A stretch of DNA of 64,000 nucleotides from Paracoccaceae bacterium (GTDB taxonomy: Bacteria > Pseudomonadota > Alphaproteobacteria > Rhodobacterales > Rhodobacteraceae). Position numbers and translations under genes: made by a program. Of the stretch, positions 18,026 through 26,162 are shown piece after piece. Position 1 is the first letter of the stretch, and the number at the start of each line of letters is the position of its first letter. The notes under the pieces were generated by a model that was given only the letters and a program-made list of their open reading frames with translations, did not search any database and had not been told where the DNA came from. The DNA is taken from positions 6,246 to 70,245 of the forward strand of contig OZ219900.1 of NCBI GenBank assembly GCA_964291635.2, written 5' to 3'.

Positions 18026-19225
18026 TCAGGAAAGCGCGGCCTGTACCAAACGGTGAAAGTGGTGAATCGCGTGTTCACCGCGCCCGCTTCGAGCCGAATC
18101 CACGATGATCGGTCCCTGCGAATATCCCCTTGACTTGAGCCCGCGCTGAACGCTTTCGCACAAGCTGATGTCTTCGGGAACAAGCACATCGGCCGTGTAC
18201 CGGGCCCGGTCTTCATCAAACGCGTCCGACACCGACATCGAGTGTCCTTCGAATGACGTCGTCTCCAACCCGGTCGGACGAATTGCCGATATGTTGATTT
18301 CTTCGGAGCCCGGAAGAACATTGAATGTCGTATTCGGCCAAAGATACCAGAAAGCCGAATGGTTCACCCCGGTTTCCAGATTGACGGAATACGCAGAATT
18401 GTCAGGCCTGATGTCAACACCGATCTGGCGCGACCAAAGCGGGAACGTGTCCTGCTGATAGGAATCCATGCAAATGATGTCGGCAAATGCCGGGTGGGCG
18501 TGGTCGCAATGGTAGCATTCGACGTAATTGTCGACGACGACCTTCCAGCCCGCGTCGATGTGGGTCTCGCCCAACCCGTTGGTTCGGGGCACCGTAGCCC
18601 GGTCAATGAACGGCAATCTCTTTCGAACGTCATCTTCAAGACCTCCCGCCAATTCGGACAGGGGTCGAGCGCCGGGATCAAGATTGACGAACACCGAGTT
18701 CAGGAACAGTTCAAGGCGGATTTCGCTCAGCGCGTGGTTTTTCCTGTCGAAACCGGGACGCATGTGCGCCCTCGGAGCCCCCCGTAGGCGCCCGTCGGTT
18801 TCGAACGCCCAGGCGTGATACGGGCAAATTATGACACGTTTGACGTTGCCGGAACCATCCGGCAACAATTCGTGCGCCCGATGCTGGCAGACATTGTAGA
18901 ATGCCCGGAGCCGCTTGTCGCCGGAGCGAATGACAAAGACATGCTGATCGCAGATTTGGAGCGTAAGGTAGTCGCCGACATTCGGGAACAAGCTCTCGTG
19001 CGCGACATACTGCCAAGTCTTGTAGAAGATCCTTTCTTTTTCGAGTTCGTAAACCGCCGGATCGGTATAGAGATATGATGGCAGGGTGAATGAATCCTCC
19101 GGGATCTCGTTGAGGGGTTTTGGATAATCCACCAGGCTTGAACGCTGGCCTGTCTCCGTTTCGAAAACCGTGTCCATTTCTTGCCCACCACCACGTTCAG
19201 TGCCATGAGTATTTGACCGTCGCAT
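18026..19225 (-). CDS. Rieske [2Fe-2S] non-heme iron oxygenase, alpha-subunit type
   Basis: Rieske motif CQHRAH...CPYHAWAF. The catalytic domain has NYVECYHCDHAHP (mononuclear iron His motif). The likely true start is MDTVFETE at 19177. No reductase or beta subunit is adjacent. Confidence 0.85.
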   Translation of the reverse strand: MRRSNTHGTERGGGQEMDTVFETETGQRSSLVDYPKPLNEIPEDSFTLPSYLYTDPAVYELEKERIFYKTWQYVAHESLFPNVGDYLTLQICDQHVFVIRSGDKRLRAFYNVCQHRAHELLPDGSGNVKRVIICPYHAWAFETDGRLRGAPRAHMRPGFDRKNHALSEIRLELFLNSVFVNLDPGARPLSELAGGLEDDVRKRLPFIDRATVPRTNGLGETHIDAGWKVVVDNYVECYHCDHAHPAFADIICMDSYQQDTFPLWSRQIGVDIRPDNSAYSVNLETGVNHSAFWYLWPNTTFNVLPGSEEINISAIRPTGLETTSFEGHSMSVSDAFDEDRARYTADVLVPEDISLCESVQRGLKSRGYSQGPIIVDSARSGRGEHAIHHFHRLVQAALS

Positions 19226-19650
19226 TCCGGTTCAACACCCATGGTGACGTCATTGTCGTACCGTTTTGACGGGGATGAATGGACCCGAAAGATTGTCCGC
19301 TTATCCCCGAATTGTATCTCGCCCCTTGATCGAACCGAACGCGAAATGTCGAACTGTTCGCTCACGTTCCATTTACCGGCATCATGCTATCACACGCGAC
19401 TGTCCCGACAAAGCCATTCTGCACTTTGCTTGCGGCCTGGCGAAATATCTCGAACTCATTTCGCGTCGGTTTGATTTTCTGATCACGAATTGCCTCAGCA
19501 CAGCCCGTATGGCGACGACTCCGTGCCGAGGCGCCGTGGTGGTTCAATAGGGGCAAGGTGCCGGCGACCGCGTTTTTCGGAGTTCCCAACCGTTCCGATT
19601 TCCGGAACCACTTGAAAGAAATGGCCGATCAGAGCAATGAATACACGAGT

Positions 19651-20199
19651 CTAACGGCTTGCCTGAACTACCGCGCGCACCTGTTTCATTGCGATGAACA
19701 TTCGTGAGTGGTTGCTCATGAAGGTCGTAAATCCGAAGCTCCTGTACCATTCCTTGCGCCGGGCAAGTTCCGCCACACCACCGTCTGAAATCACATCGAG
19801 AATGATCGCGTGGCACCGGGCCGCGTCAGCAATCACACATGCCTTTTCGAAAACATGGTGCATGAGGATACCGCCGAAACCTCTGCCCTGCGCATCCTTG
19901 TCGACTGCGACCTGCCCCAAGAACAAAACAGGGATTTCCCCATGGTTGGGCGTTCCCTGAGGTCGCCGTTTGAGTTCGTCCACGTTCAACATGCCAAGGT
20001 TAATGGCATGATAGCCCAGGATTCGCGGGTTTCCCTCTTCGACGACGACATAGACGCGGGTCATGTCGTCTTTCTGCTGCTTCCTGGCGCTCAGCTTGAG
20101 ATAGTTGTTCAGACGGTCGGTACTGCATTCGAAATCGGCACGGTCGTGCCGTTTCGGGTCGAAGTGTTCAATCCTGTAGGCTGGATACTCACTCGGCAT
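19651..20199 (-). CDS. GNAT-family acetyltransferase toxin (TacT-like)
   Basis: It has the acetyl-CoA motif QGRGFGGILM and the context LFLGQVAVDKDA. Start MPSEYPAY at 20199 overlaps the upstream DUF1778 gene stop by 11 nt. The track ORF extends to 20235. Confidence 0.85.
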   Translation of the reverse strand: MPSEYPAYRIEHFDPKRHDRADFECSTDRLNNYLKLSARKQQKDDMTRVYVVVEEGNPRILGYHAINLGMLNVDELKRRPQGTPNHGEIPVLFLGQVAVDKDAQGRGFGGILMHHVFEKACVIADAARCHAIILDVISDGGVAELARRKEWYRSFGFTTFMSNHSRMFIAMKQVRAVVQASR

Positions 20200-20497
20200 G
20201 AACCACACGCGCGCTGTAGTTTCGGGCAGCTTCAAGAGCGCGCTGGGTTGGGGCGGGCGGGGCGTCGAGGGCGTTAGCGAAAATCTCGGCGTCCTCGGGT
20301 TTCAGTGTGTGCCGGGACTGCAGGTCGAGCACACGCGTTGCCTCGCGCTCGATCGCGGCACGAAGGAACGTAGACTTGTCCACGGCCAGAGCAAGCGCTG
20401 CACGCTCGATCAGGCCCGCCAGTCGATCATCGTGGCGTACCTGGGTTGTCCTCGTCTGCGGATTTGGGCTGCTCGATGCAGCATTGAAGTTCAACAT
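20189..20497 (-). CDS. DUF1778 (TacA-like) RHH antitoxin
   Basis: 102 aa. ...RLAGLIERAALALAVDKSTFLRAAIEREATRVL... is typical of DUF1778 antitoxins that pair with GNAT toxins. AAGGAG lies 5 nt upstream of the ATG. Confidence 0.85.
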   Translation of the reverse strand: MLNFNAASSSPNPQTRTTQVRHDDRLAGLIERAALALAVDKSTFLRAAIEREATRVLDLQSRHTLKPEDAEIFANALDAPPAPTQRALEAARNYSARVVHAE

Positions 20498-20510
20498 GCC
20501 CGTCTCCTTG

Positions 20511-20546
20511 TATGATCATATCATGTATTGCGATTTGCACTACATG
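20511..20546. promoter_or_regulatory. candidate operator of the TacAT-like operon
   Basis: Perfect 10-bp palindrome TATGATCATA (20511-20520) sits immediately upstream of the tacA-like RBS. It is followed by the inverted repeat CATGTA (20522-20527) / TACATG (20541-20546). Confidence 0.35.
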
Positions 20547-20945
20547 TAAAGTCTGAATTGATGGCATCAGGTCGTCGTCTCCATCGCTTTGCGCCAAGGT
20601 ACGGCGAGACACAGATCAGCTTAACCAGGCGCTTGGACTTGTGCATCGAACGGATGGTATAACGCGACAGACAGGATGACAGACCAAGGTTCGGGGACCG
20701 GTTAGGTTGCCAACAACGAAGGAAAAATGCGTAACCTGACCGGAATTTTCTTAAGCCAAGGTGGATTTTTGCTGCGGACTGTCGTGTTCATTAGTCATCT
20801 CTGCTGCCCCTTTTTCTTTGCCGGGAAATTGAACGACCAACCAGCAAACCCGGCCACGAGGTCGCGCAGAAGCGACGGTCATCACGGCGTGGCGGAAACT
20901 CGACTCAGCGCAATCGGAATATCAATTTGGGTGTGAACGACATGT

Positions 20946-20990
20946 GTTTCATGTAACGGGGTTTCATGTAACGGGGTTTCATGTAACGGG
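20946..20990. repeat. three perfect tandem copies of a 15-bp unit GTTTCATGTAACGGG
   Basis: Copies at 20946-20960, 20961-20975 and 20976-20990. Each contains the near-palindrome GTTTCATGTAAC centred on CATG. AAGGAG follows directly at 20991-20996. A second short direct repeat, GCATTCCGA(A/G)G x2, lies at about 21010-21031. Confidence 0.9.
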
Positions 20991-21003
20991 AAGGAGAAAA
21001 GCA

Positions 21004-21231
21004 CTGACAGGCATTCCGAAGCATTCCGAGGCACCAATAGGCAAGGTCTGCCGACATCGTGACCGGCTGTTTCGGGACGGCCTGTGTCCATCGCAGATCT
21101 GGGTGCCGGATACCCGCGCGCCGAATTTCGCGGAAGAGGTCCGCCGGCAATCGCGCGCCGTCGCCGCAGGACGACACGCCGATACCGACAAGGCATTTGT
21201 TGTTGCCACAAGCGAATTCGAGAACGGGTGA
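21004..21231 (+). CDS. DUF3018-type (MazE-family) antitoxin
   Basis: RDRLFRDGLCPSQIWVPDTRAPNFAEEVRRQSRAVAA matches the DUF3018 signature (LRPVQIWVPD...F..E.RRQS). The only in-frame ATG (20944) would translate the tandem repeat as FHVTG x3. In-frame CTG 21004 lies 7 nt after AAGGAG and gives a family-typical 75 aa. The start is therefore uncertain. Confidence 0.7.
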   Translation: MTGIPKHSEAPIGKVCRHRDRLFRDGLCPSQIWVPDTRAPNFAEEVRRQSRAVAAGRHADTDKAFVVATSEFENG

Positions 21232-21554
21232 AGCGTGGCAAGACCTGGGTCGCAGCAGGCGGCAGCTACACGGGAAATCCCAGGCCCGTTGTCATTGTTC
21301 AGGACGACCGGGTCGAAGAGACGAATTCCGTCACCGTTTGCGCGATCACCGGCGATTCGACCGAAGCTCCGCTGCTTCGCATCGCGGTTTCTGCCAACCC
21401 GGACAATGGCCTTGTCGGCGACAGCCATGTCATGATCGACAAGATTTCGACCATCCGCCGTGAATGCCTGAACAGGCGGATCGGAAACTTTTCAGCCATG
21501 GATATGAGGCGGATTGACTGGGCCATTCTCGTGATCCTTGGCATTGCTGGGTAG
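21228..21554 (+). CDS. MazF/PemK-family endoribonuclease toxin
   Basis: The GTG start overlaps the antitoxin stop (GTGA). VKRGKTWVAAGGSYTGNPRPVVIVQDD...SHVMIDKISTI is a PemK-like pattern. The track ORF opens at 21084. Confidence 0.8.
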   Translation: MKRGKTWVAAGGSYTGNPRPVVIVQDDRVEETNSVTVCAITGDSTEAPLLRIAVSANPDNGLVGDSHVMIDKISTIRRECLNRRIGNFSAMDMRRIDWAILVILGIAG

Positions 21555-22077
21555 GCGGATACGGCCAGCGATGAAACAAACCCGGCGGAGGGAGTTGGAA
21601 TTCCACCGATCTTCACAGGTTACGGCAACCGTCGTTTTGGTCGGAGGCACGTGAATCGTGGCGGAGCGAGAGATCCGGTAAACGCTGTAAAAGTGCCCGA
21701 GAACAGCGTAGCATCCGGCACGCAGTGAAGCCAGGATATCTCCGTCCCTCCTGATCGAGTCACGGTCGGTCCAAATGACGGGGCGACGCCGTGTTTTGCC
21801 TGTCTAAGGCTGGTGCCGGATGTCCGTGCAAACCAACGCCAAAGCAACGGTTCCTCAAGGAGGAGGTGAATCCGGGTGCGGACCGGCAGTTCCCCTGGGA
21901 TCGCTCCGAACGCGCGCTTCCCGATTTTTCCGACATGAAACGAAGCGAATTTCGCCGTACCGCTTGTCGCACTATTCACGATATCCGATGGAAAATCGGC
22001 ATCGCTCCACTTGATCCGGGCGATGAAGCGTGGCTTGATCGTACCGGAAGAGGAAGCCAGACGAACGAGGCATCGGC

Positions 22078-23307
22078 ATGTTTCTCGGAATGAGTGAAAG
22101 ACTCAAACCTATCCACCGGAAAGTGGTTGATATGATCACGAACGAAATCGCTCCGCTCGATGCCGAATTCCTTGCCGAAGTCGAGTGTGGAGGGCGTTGG
22201 GTGATCAATCCCAGGCAGATGGAGATCCTGGAGGGGCTCAAGGCGCGGGCACGGGAACGAAACCTGTGGAACTTCTGGCTGACCCGGAGCGACAGGGGGT
22301 ACGGCCTCACGACAGTGGAATACGCCTGGCTCGCCGAAGAAATGGGCAAGTCGCACCTGGCTGCCGAAGTCTTCAACTGCAACGCACCCGACACCGGAAA
22401 CATGGAAGTCCTCGAGCGGTTTGCGCCGGATTGGATGAAAAAGAGGTGGCTGGACCCGTTGCTGGCAGGTGAAATCCGCTCGGCTTACCTGATGACGGAA
22501 CCGGACGTCGCGTCGTCCGATCCAACCGGACTGGAATTTTCCTGTCGAAAGGACGGTCCTGACTACGTGCTTGACGGAGAAAAATGGTGGGCAACCGGCG
22601 CCGGCGATCCCCGCTGCGCCGTCTATATCGTCATGGTGCGCACCGGCAACGACGACATGCCGCGCCACGGTCGCCACTCGATGATCGTCGTCGATGCCTC
22701 GTCGGACGGTATTCAGAAGCTTCGGCCCATGGATGTCTATGGACATGACGATGCTCCGCACGGACATTTCCATATTCGTTTTTCGGGCGTCCGGGTGCCG
22801 GTCGAAAACCTGCTTGTCGGAGAAGGACGCGGCTTCGAAATCGCCCAGAACAGGCTGGGTCCTGGTCGAATTCACCATTGCATGAGAGCAATTGGGCAAG
22901 CCGAGAAGGCCCTTGGACTCATGTGCCGACGATCACTGGCCCGTGAAGCGTTTGGCAAGCGACTCGCGGAACTCGGGGCCAACGTCGACATCATTGCCGA
23001 GGCGCGCATGGAAATCGAAATGGCGCGGTTGCTGTGCCTCAAGGCGGCCTGGATGATGGACCAGGGGAACCCGCGCGCGGCTGCGCCCTGGATCAGCATG
23101 ATCAAGACGGTCGCCCCGAACGTCGCGCTCAGGGTCACCGATGAAGCGGTGCAGATGCACGGGGCGTCGGGAGTCAGCGGGGATACTCCGCTGGCCCGGC
23201 AATGGGCCGCACTGAGAACACTGAGGCTCGCCGACGGGCCGGACGCCGTTCACAGGCGGCAGGTCGCAAGGGCAGAGCTCCGAAAACACTCCCAGGAAAG
23301 GATCTGA
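22078..23307 (+). CDS. acyl-CoA dehydrogenase family protein (ACAD10/11-like)
   Basis: 409 aa with LWNFWL, YLMTEPDVASSDPTGL, GRIHHCMRAIGQAE and RLADGPDAVH, the typical ACAD fold motifs of the FadE-like subgroup that accompanies APH kinases. Confidence 0.9.
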   Translation: MFLGMSERLKPIHRKVVDMITNEIAPLDAEFLAEVECGGRWVINPRQMEILEGLKARARERNLWNFWLTRSDRGYGLTTVEYAWLAEEMGKSHLAAEVFNCNAPDTGNMEVLERFAPDWMKKRWLDPLLAGEIRSAYLMTEPDVASSDPTGLEFSCRKDGPDYVLDGEKWWATGAGDPRCAVYIVMVRTGNDDMPRHGRHSMIVVDASSDGIQKLRPMDVYGHDDAPHGHFHIRFSGVRVPVENLLVGEGRGFEIAQNRLGPGRIHHCMRAIGQAEKALGLMCRRSLAREAFGKRLAELGANVDIIAEARMEIEMARLLCLKAAWMMDQGNPRAAAPWISMIKTVAPNVALRVTDEAVQMHGASGVSGDTPLARQWAALRTLRLADGPDAVHRRQVARAELRKHSQERI

Positions 23308-23420
23308 CGTTGTGACCAGCAGGTCCGGTGGTGCCGGTCCCCCGAACAGGTCCGGCGATGCATTGACCTGCGGGCACTCCCGGAACCAGTGGGGAACGCA
23401 TTTCGGCCGGGGGCAGGTTC

Positions 23421-24731
23421 GTGATCACGTCTTCGCCTGATCTGCATAAACTGAGATCCCTCGCCCGGCGCCTGTTCACGACCGGCATCACGGCAGCCGA
23501 TCCGGCTCTCGCCCTCACCAACGCATGGCAGCGGGAACCGCCACAGGGCCCGAGCGGAAACGGCCGAAATATCGTCATCGCGTTCGGCAAGGCGGCCATC
23601 GCCATGCTGACCAGGGCCCGGGACCTGCTTGGTCACGCCAGCGAGGTCACGTGCATCGCGGTAACGAACGACGAAAACTATCGCCGGGTCGCCAGCGCCA
23701 GTGTCTTTGCCGCAGGACATCCCGTACCCGACGAACGGGGGGTCCGTGCCGCACGGATCGTGGTGGATGCGCTCCGTGCCGCGACGGACGAGGATGTCGT
23801 CATCGTGCTCATTAGCGGCGGAGGGTCGGCCCTTCTTCCCGCGCCTTTGCCTGGCCTCTCCCTCGAAGACAAGTCCCGGACCACCGACACTCTTCTCCGC
23901 GCCGGACTCGACATCGGCCGGATGAATGCCGTCCGCCAGCACCTGTCCCGTCTCAAGGGTGGAGGCATGGCCAGGCTGGCGCGTCCGGCGCCGGTTTTCG
24001 CCTATATACTTTCCGATGTCCCCGGCGATCACCTTGGCGTCGTCGCAAGCGGCCCGACCGCCTGTCAAATCATGGCGCGTGAGAAGGTCGTCGAATTGCT
24101 GGCACGTCGCAACTTGCTCGCCGCCCTGCCCCGAACCGCTCGGGACCTGCTGACTCTCCCCCGCGCCGGTCACGATTCACCTGCTTCGATGGCCGCAAGT
24201 GAAAACGACGACACCTGTGTCAACACGGTCATCGGCGGGAACGGCATGAGCCTCACCGCGATCGTCGATTCGGTCGACGAATTTCCAATGGAGGTCGCGG
24301 AGTCGGACTACAGTCTGGATGTCGAGACTGCCGGCCGGCTCATGCTCGACCATGCCGTTCACCTACCGTCCGGCACCCTCCGGGGCCTGCTGTTCGGAGG
24401 AGAGTCCCATGTCGAGGTCAGGGGCAATGGTCTTGGCGGAAGGAACCAGGAACTGGCTCTTCGATTTGCCATCGGCGCCCGGGAACGGGGACTTGATGGA
24501 AACTGGGTGTTCCTGAGCGGAGGCACCGATGGTCGCGACGGCCCCACGGACAGTGCCGGCGCCGTCGTTGACCGGTATTCCCTGGACCGCATGATGACGA
24601 TGGGCGTTGATCCTGCGCATGCGTTGGCGAGGAACGACAGCTACCCTGCCCTCAAGGCGTCCGGCGACCACCTTCACATCGGAGGAACGGGAACGAATGT
24701 TGCCGACATCCAGGTCTTCCTGAGGACGTGA
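23421..24731 (+). CDS. glycerate 2-kinase / hydroxypyruvate reductase family (DUF4147 + MOFRL)
   Basis: 436 aa with AFGKAAIAM, VLISGGGSALL, LSRLKGGG, GGESHVEVRG.GLGGRNQE and SGGTDGRDGPTD. Confidence 0.85.
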   Translation: MITSSPDLHKLRSLARRLFTTGITAADPALALTNAWQREPPQGPSGNGRNIVIAFGKAAIAMLTRARDLLGHASEVTCIAVTNDENYRRVASASVFAAGHPVPDERGVRAARIVVDALRAATDEDVVIVLISGGGSALLPAPLPGLSLEDKSRTTDTLLRAGLDIGRMNAVRQHLSRLKGGGMARLARPAPVFAYILSDVPGDHLGVVASGPTACQIMAREKVVELLARRNLLAALPRTARDLLTLPRAGHDSPASMAASENDDTCVNTVIGGNGMSLTAIVDSVDEFPMEVAESDYSLDVETAGRLMLDHAVHLPSGTLRGLLFGGESHVEVRGNGLGGRNQELALRFAIGARERGLDGNWVFLSGGTDGRDGPTDSAGAVVDRYSLDRMMTMGVDPAHALARNDSYPALKASGDHLHIGGTGTNVADIQVFLRT

Positions 24732-25226
24732 CAACCCGGCCCGCAGAGAGAGGTGTCCGGATGCCATGAACGGCGGCATCCCCGTATGCTGATTGGCCAA
24801 CTGAAAGCAGCCTGCGTGGCGTGACGCCGCCGCAAGGCGAACGCATACCAATGTCAGAGCACGCGCCAAACCGGTCGATCCGGGAATCCCTCATTTCGGG
24901 GCCGTTTGCCCTCGTCGCCATCCCCCGGTCCATTCGGAATACGGAAACGTCAAAAAGTTCCGGGGTCGCTGCGACCAGCCCGGACTCCTGGCGCGTGCAG
25001 TGCCGACACCAGGTTCCGAACCGGCAGGACACCGGTCCTGGTCACCTCGGCGGATGCCGGCGGACCTTGCATCGAAGCCGCGGCGGATTGCCACTCCACG
25101 GAAACGCCATCCAAACCGGGGTGGAATCTGCCTTCGGCGTCCCTGGATCAGCGCCAAACCTTGAGCCACCCGGGCAACGCCACCGCGCGCATGGTTGACA
25201 TGCTTCCCGGCATCAACGTGCTTCGG

Positions 25227-26162
25227 TCAGCGACGGGCACCCCCGGCGCTGATGCCGATCGCGGCAAGAATGATCAACCCGGTGGTCAGGTCGCGGTAGA
25301 AGGGATCGGCATTGAGGATGTTGAAACCATTGTTGATGAGCGCAAGCAGGAAGACTCCGGCGAGGCTGCGCCAAACGGCGCCCCGCCCTCCGTAAATGCT
25401 GGTCCCCCCGAGGATCACCGCGGCGATGGCCTGGAGTTCCATCCCGATTCCCGCCGATGCCTGCCCGAGGGAAATTCGCGATGCGGCGATGGCCGAGGCC
25501 AATCCGGCGGCCAGTCCCGCGATGGCAAAGGTGGCGATCTTGATCTGGTGGGTCCGGATGCCCGAGAGGATGGCCGCCTCCTCGTTGCCGCCGACGGAGA
25601 ACACCCGCCGCCCAAACGTCGTACGGGTGAGGGCAAAGCTCAGGGTCACCGCGAAGATGGCCATGATCCAGACGGCGATAAAGACGCCGCCGATCTTGCC
25701 ACGGCCGAGCCAGGTGAATTCGTCCATGCGTACTGGAATCAGCCGTCCGTCGGAGAGGACAATGGCGATTCCCCTGAAGATCAGGCTGGTGGCGATGGTT
25801 GCGAGAAAGGAGTGCACGTTAAGAAGGGTGATGGCGAATCCGTTGATGACCCCGAGGCCGAGACCGATGACCGGCGCCATGAAAAGGCCAAGAAATGGAT
25901 CGACATGGAGCGCGATATAGGCGCAGGAGACCGCGCCCATGGCGAAGATCGCCCCCACCGACAGGTCGAACCCGCCAGCGATGATGACCAGCGTCATCGC
26001 CGAAGCCATGATCGCCAGTGGTGCGTTCTGATTGAGAATGTTCAGGAGATTGCGGAACGTCAGGAAGCTGTCGGAGAGAATGCTGAGGGCCCCCATCAGG
26101 AGCACGATCAGGATCAGGACCGCGTAGCTCTGGAGGAATCGCTGAACACCGTGCCAGGTCAT
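25227..26162 (-). CDS. ABC transporter permease, ribose/monosaccharide (CUT2) type
   Basis: 311 aa, multi-TM, RbsC-like. Its ATG overlaps the stop of the upstream ATPase gene (ATGA). Confidence 0.88.
   Translation of the reverse strand: MTWHGVQRFLQSYAVLILIVLLMGALSILSDSFLTFRNLLNILNQNAPLAIMASAMTLVIIAGGFDLSVGAIFAMGAVSCAYIALHVDPFLGLFMAPVIGLGLGVINGFAITLLNVHSFLATIATSLIFRGIAIVLSDGRLIPVRMDEFTWLGRGKIGGVFIAVWIMAIFAVTLSFALTRTTFGRRVFSVGGNEEAAILSGIRTHQIKIATFAIAGLAAGLASAIAASRISLGQASAGIGMELQAIAAVILGGTSIYGGRGAVWRSLAGVFLLALINNGFNILNADPFYRDLTTGLIILAAIGISAGGARR

Noticed and set aside
20944-20990. Translation of the 15-bp tandem repeat as an N-terminal FHVTG x3 peptide on the antitoxin, and the repeat as a mini CRISPR-like array.
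   Set aside because: DUF3018 antitoxins are about 70 aa and need no such extension. A strong SD sits after the repeat, not before it. The units are contiguous with no spacers and only 15 bp long, so this is not a CRISPR array.
21620-22093. ORFs 21620-21979 (minus, 119 aa) and 21791-22093 (plus, 100 aa) between the MazF-like gene and the ACAD gene.
   Set aside because: Third-position GC by my count is only about 55-59%, against roughly 70-77% in the ORFs I counted that looked coding. I recognise no motifs, and the two ORFs overlap each other. I treat the region as non-coding or decayed flank of the TA insertion.
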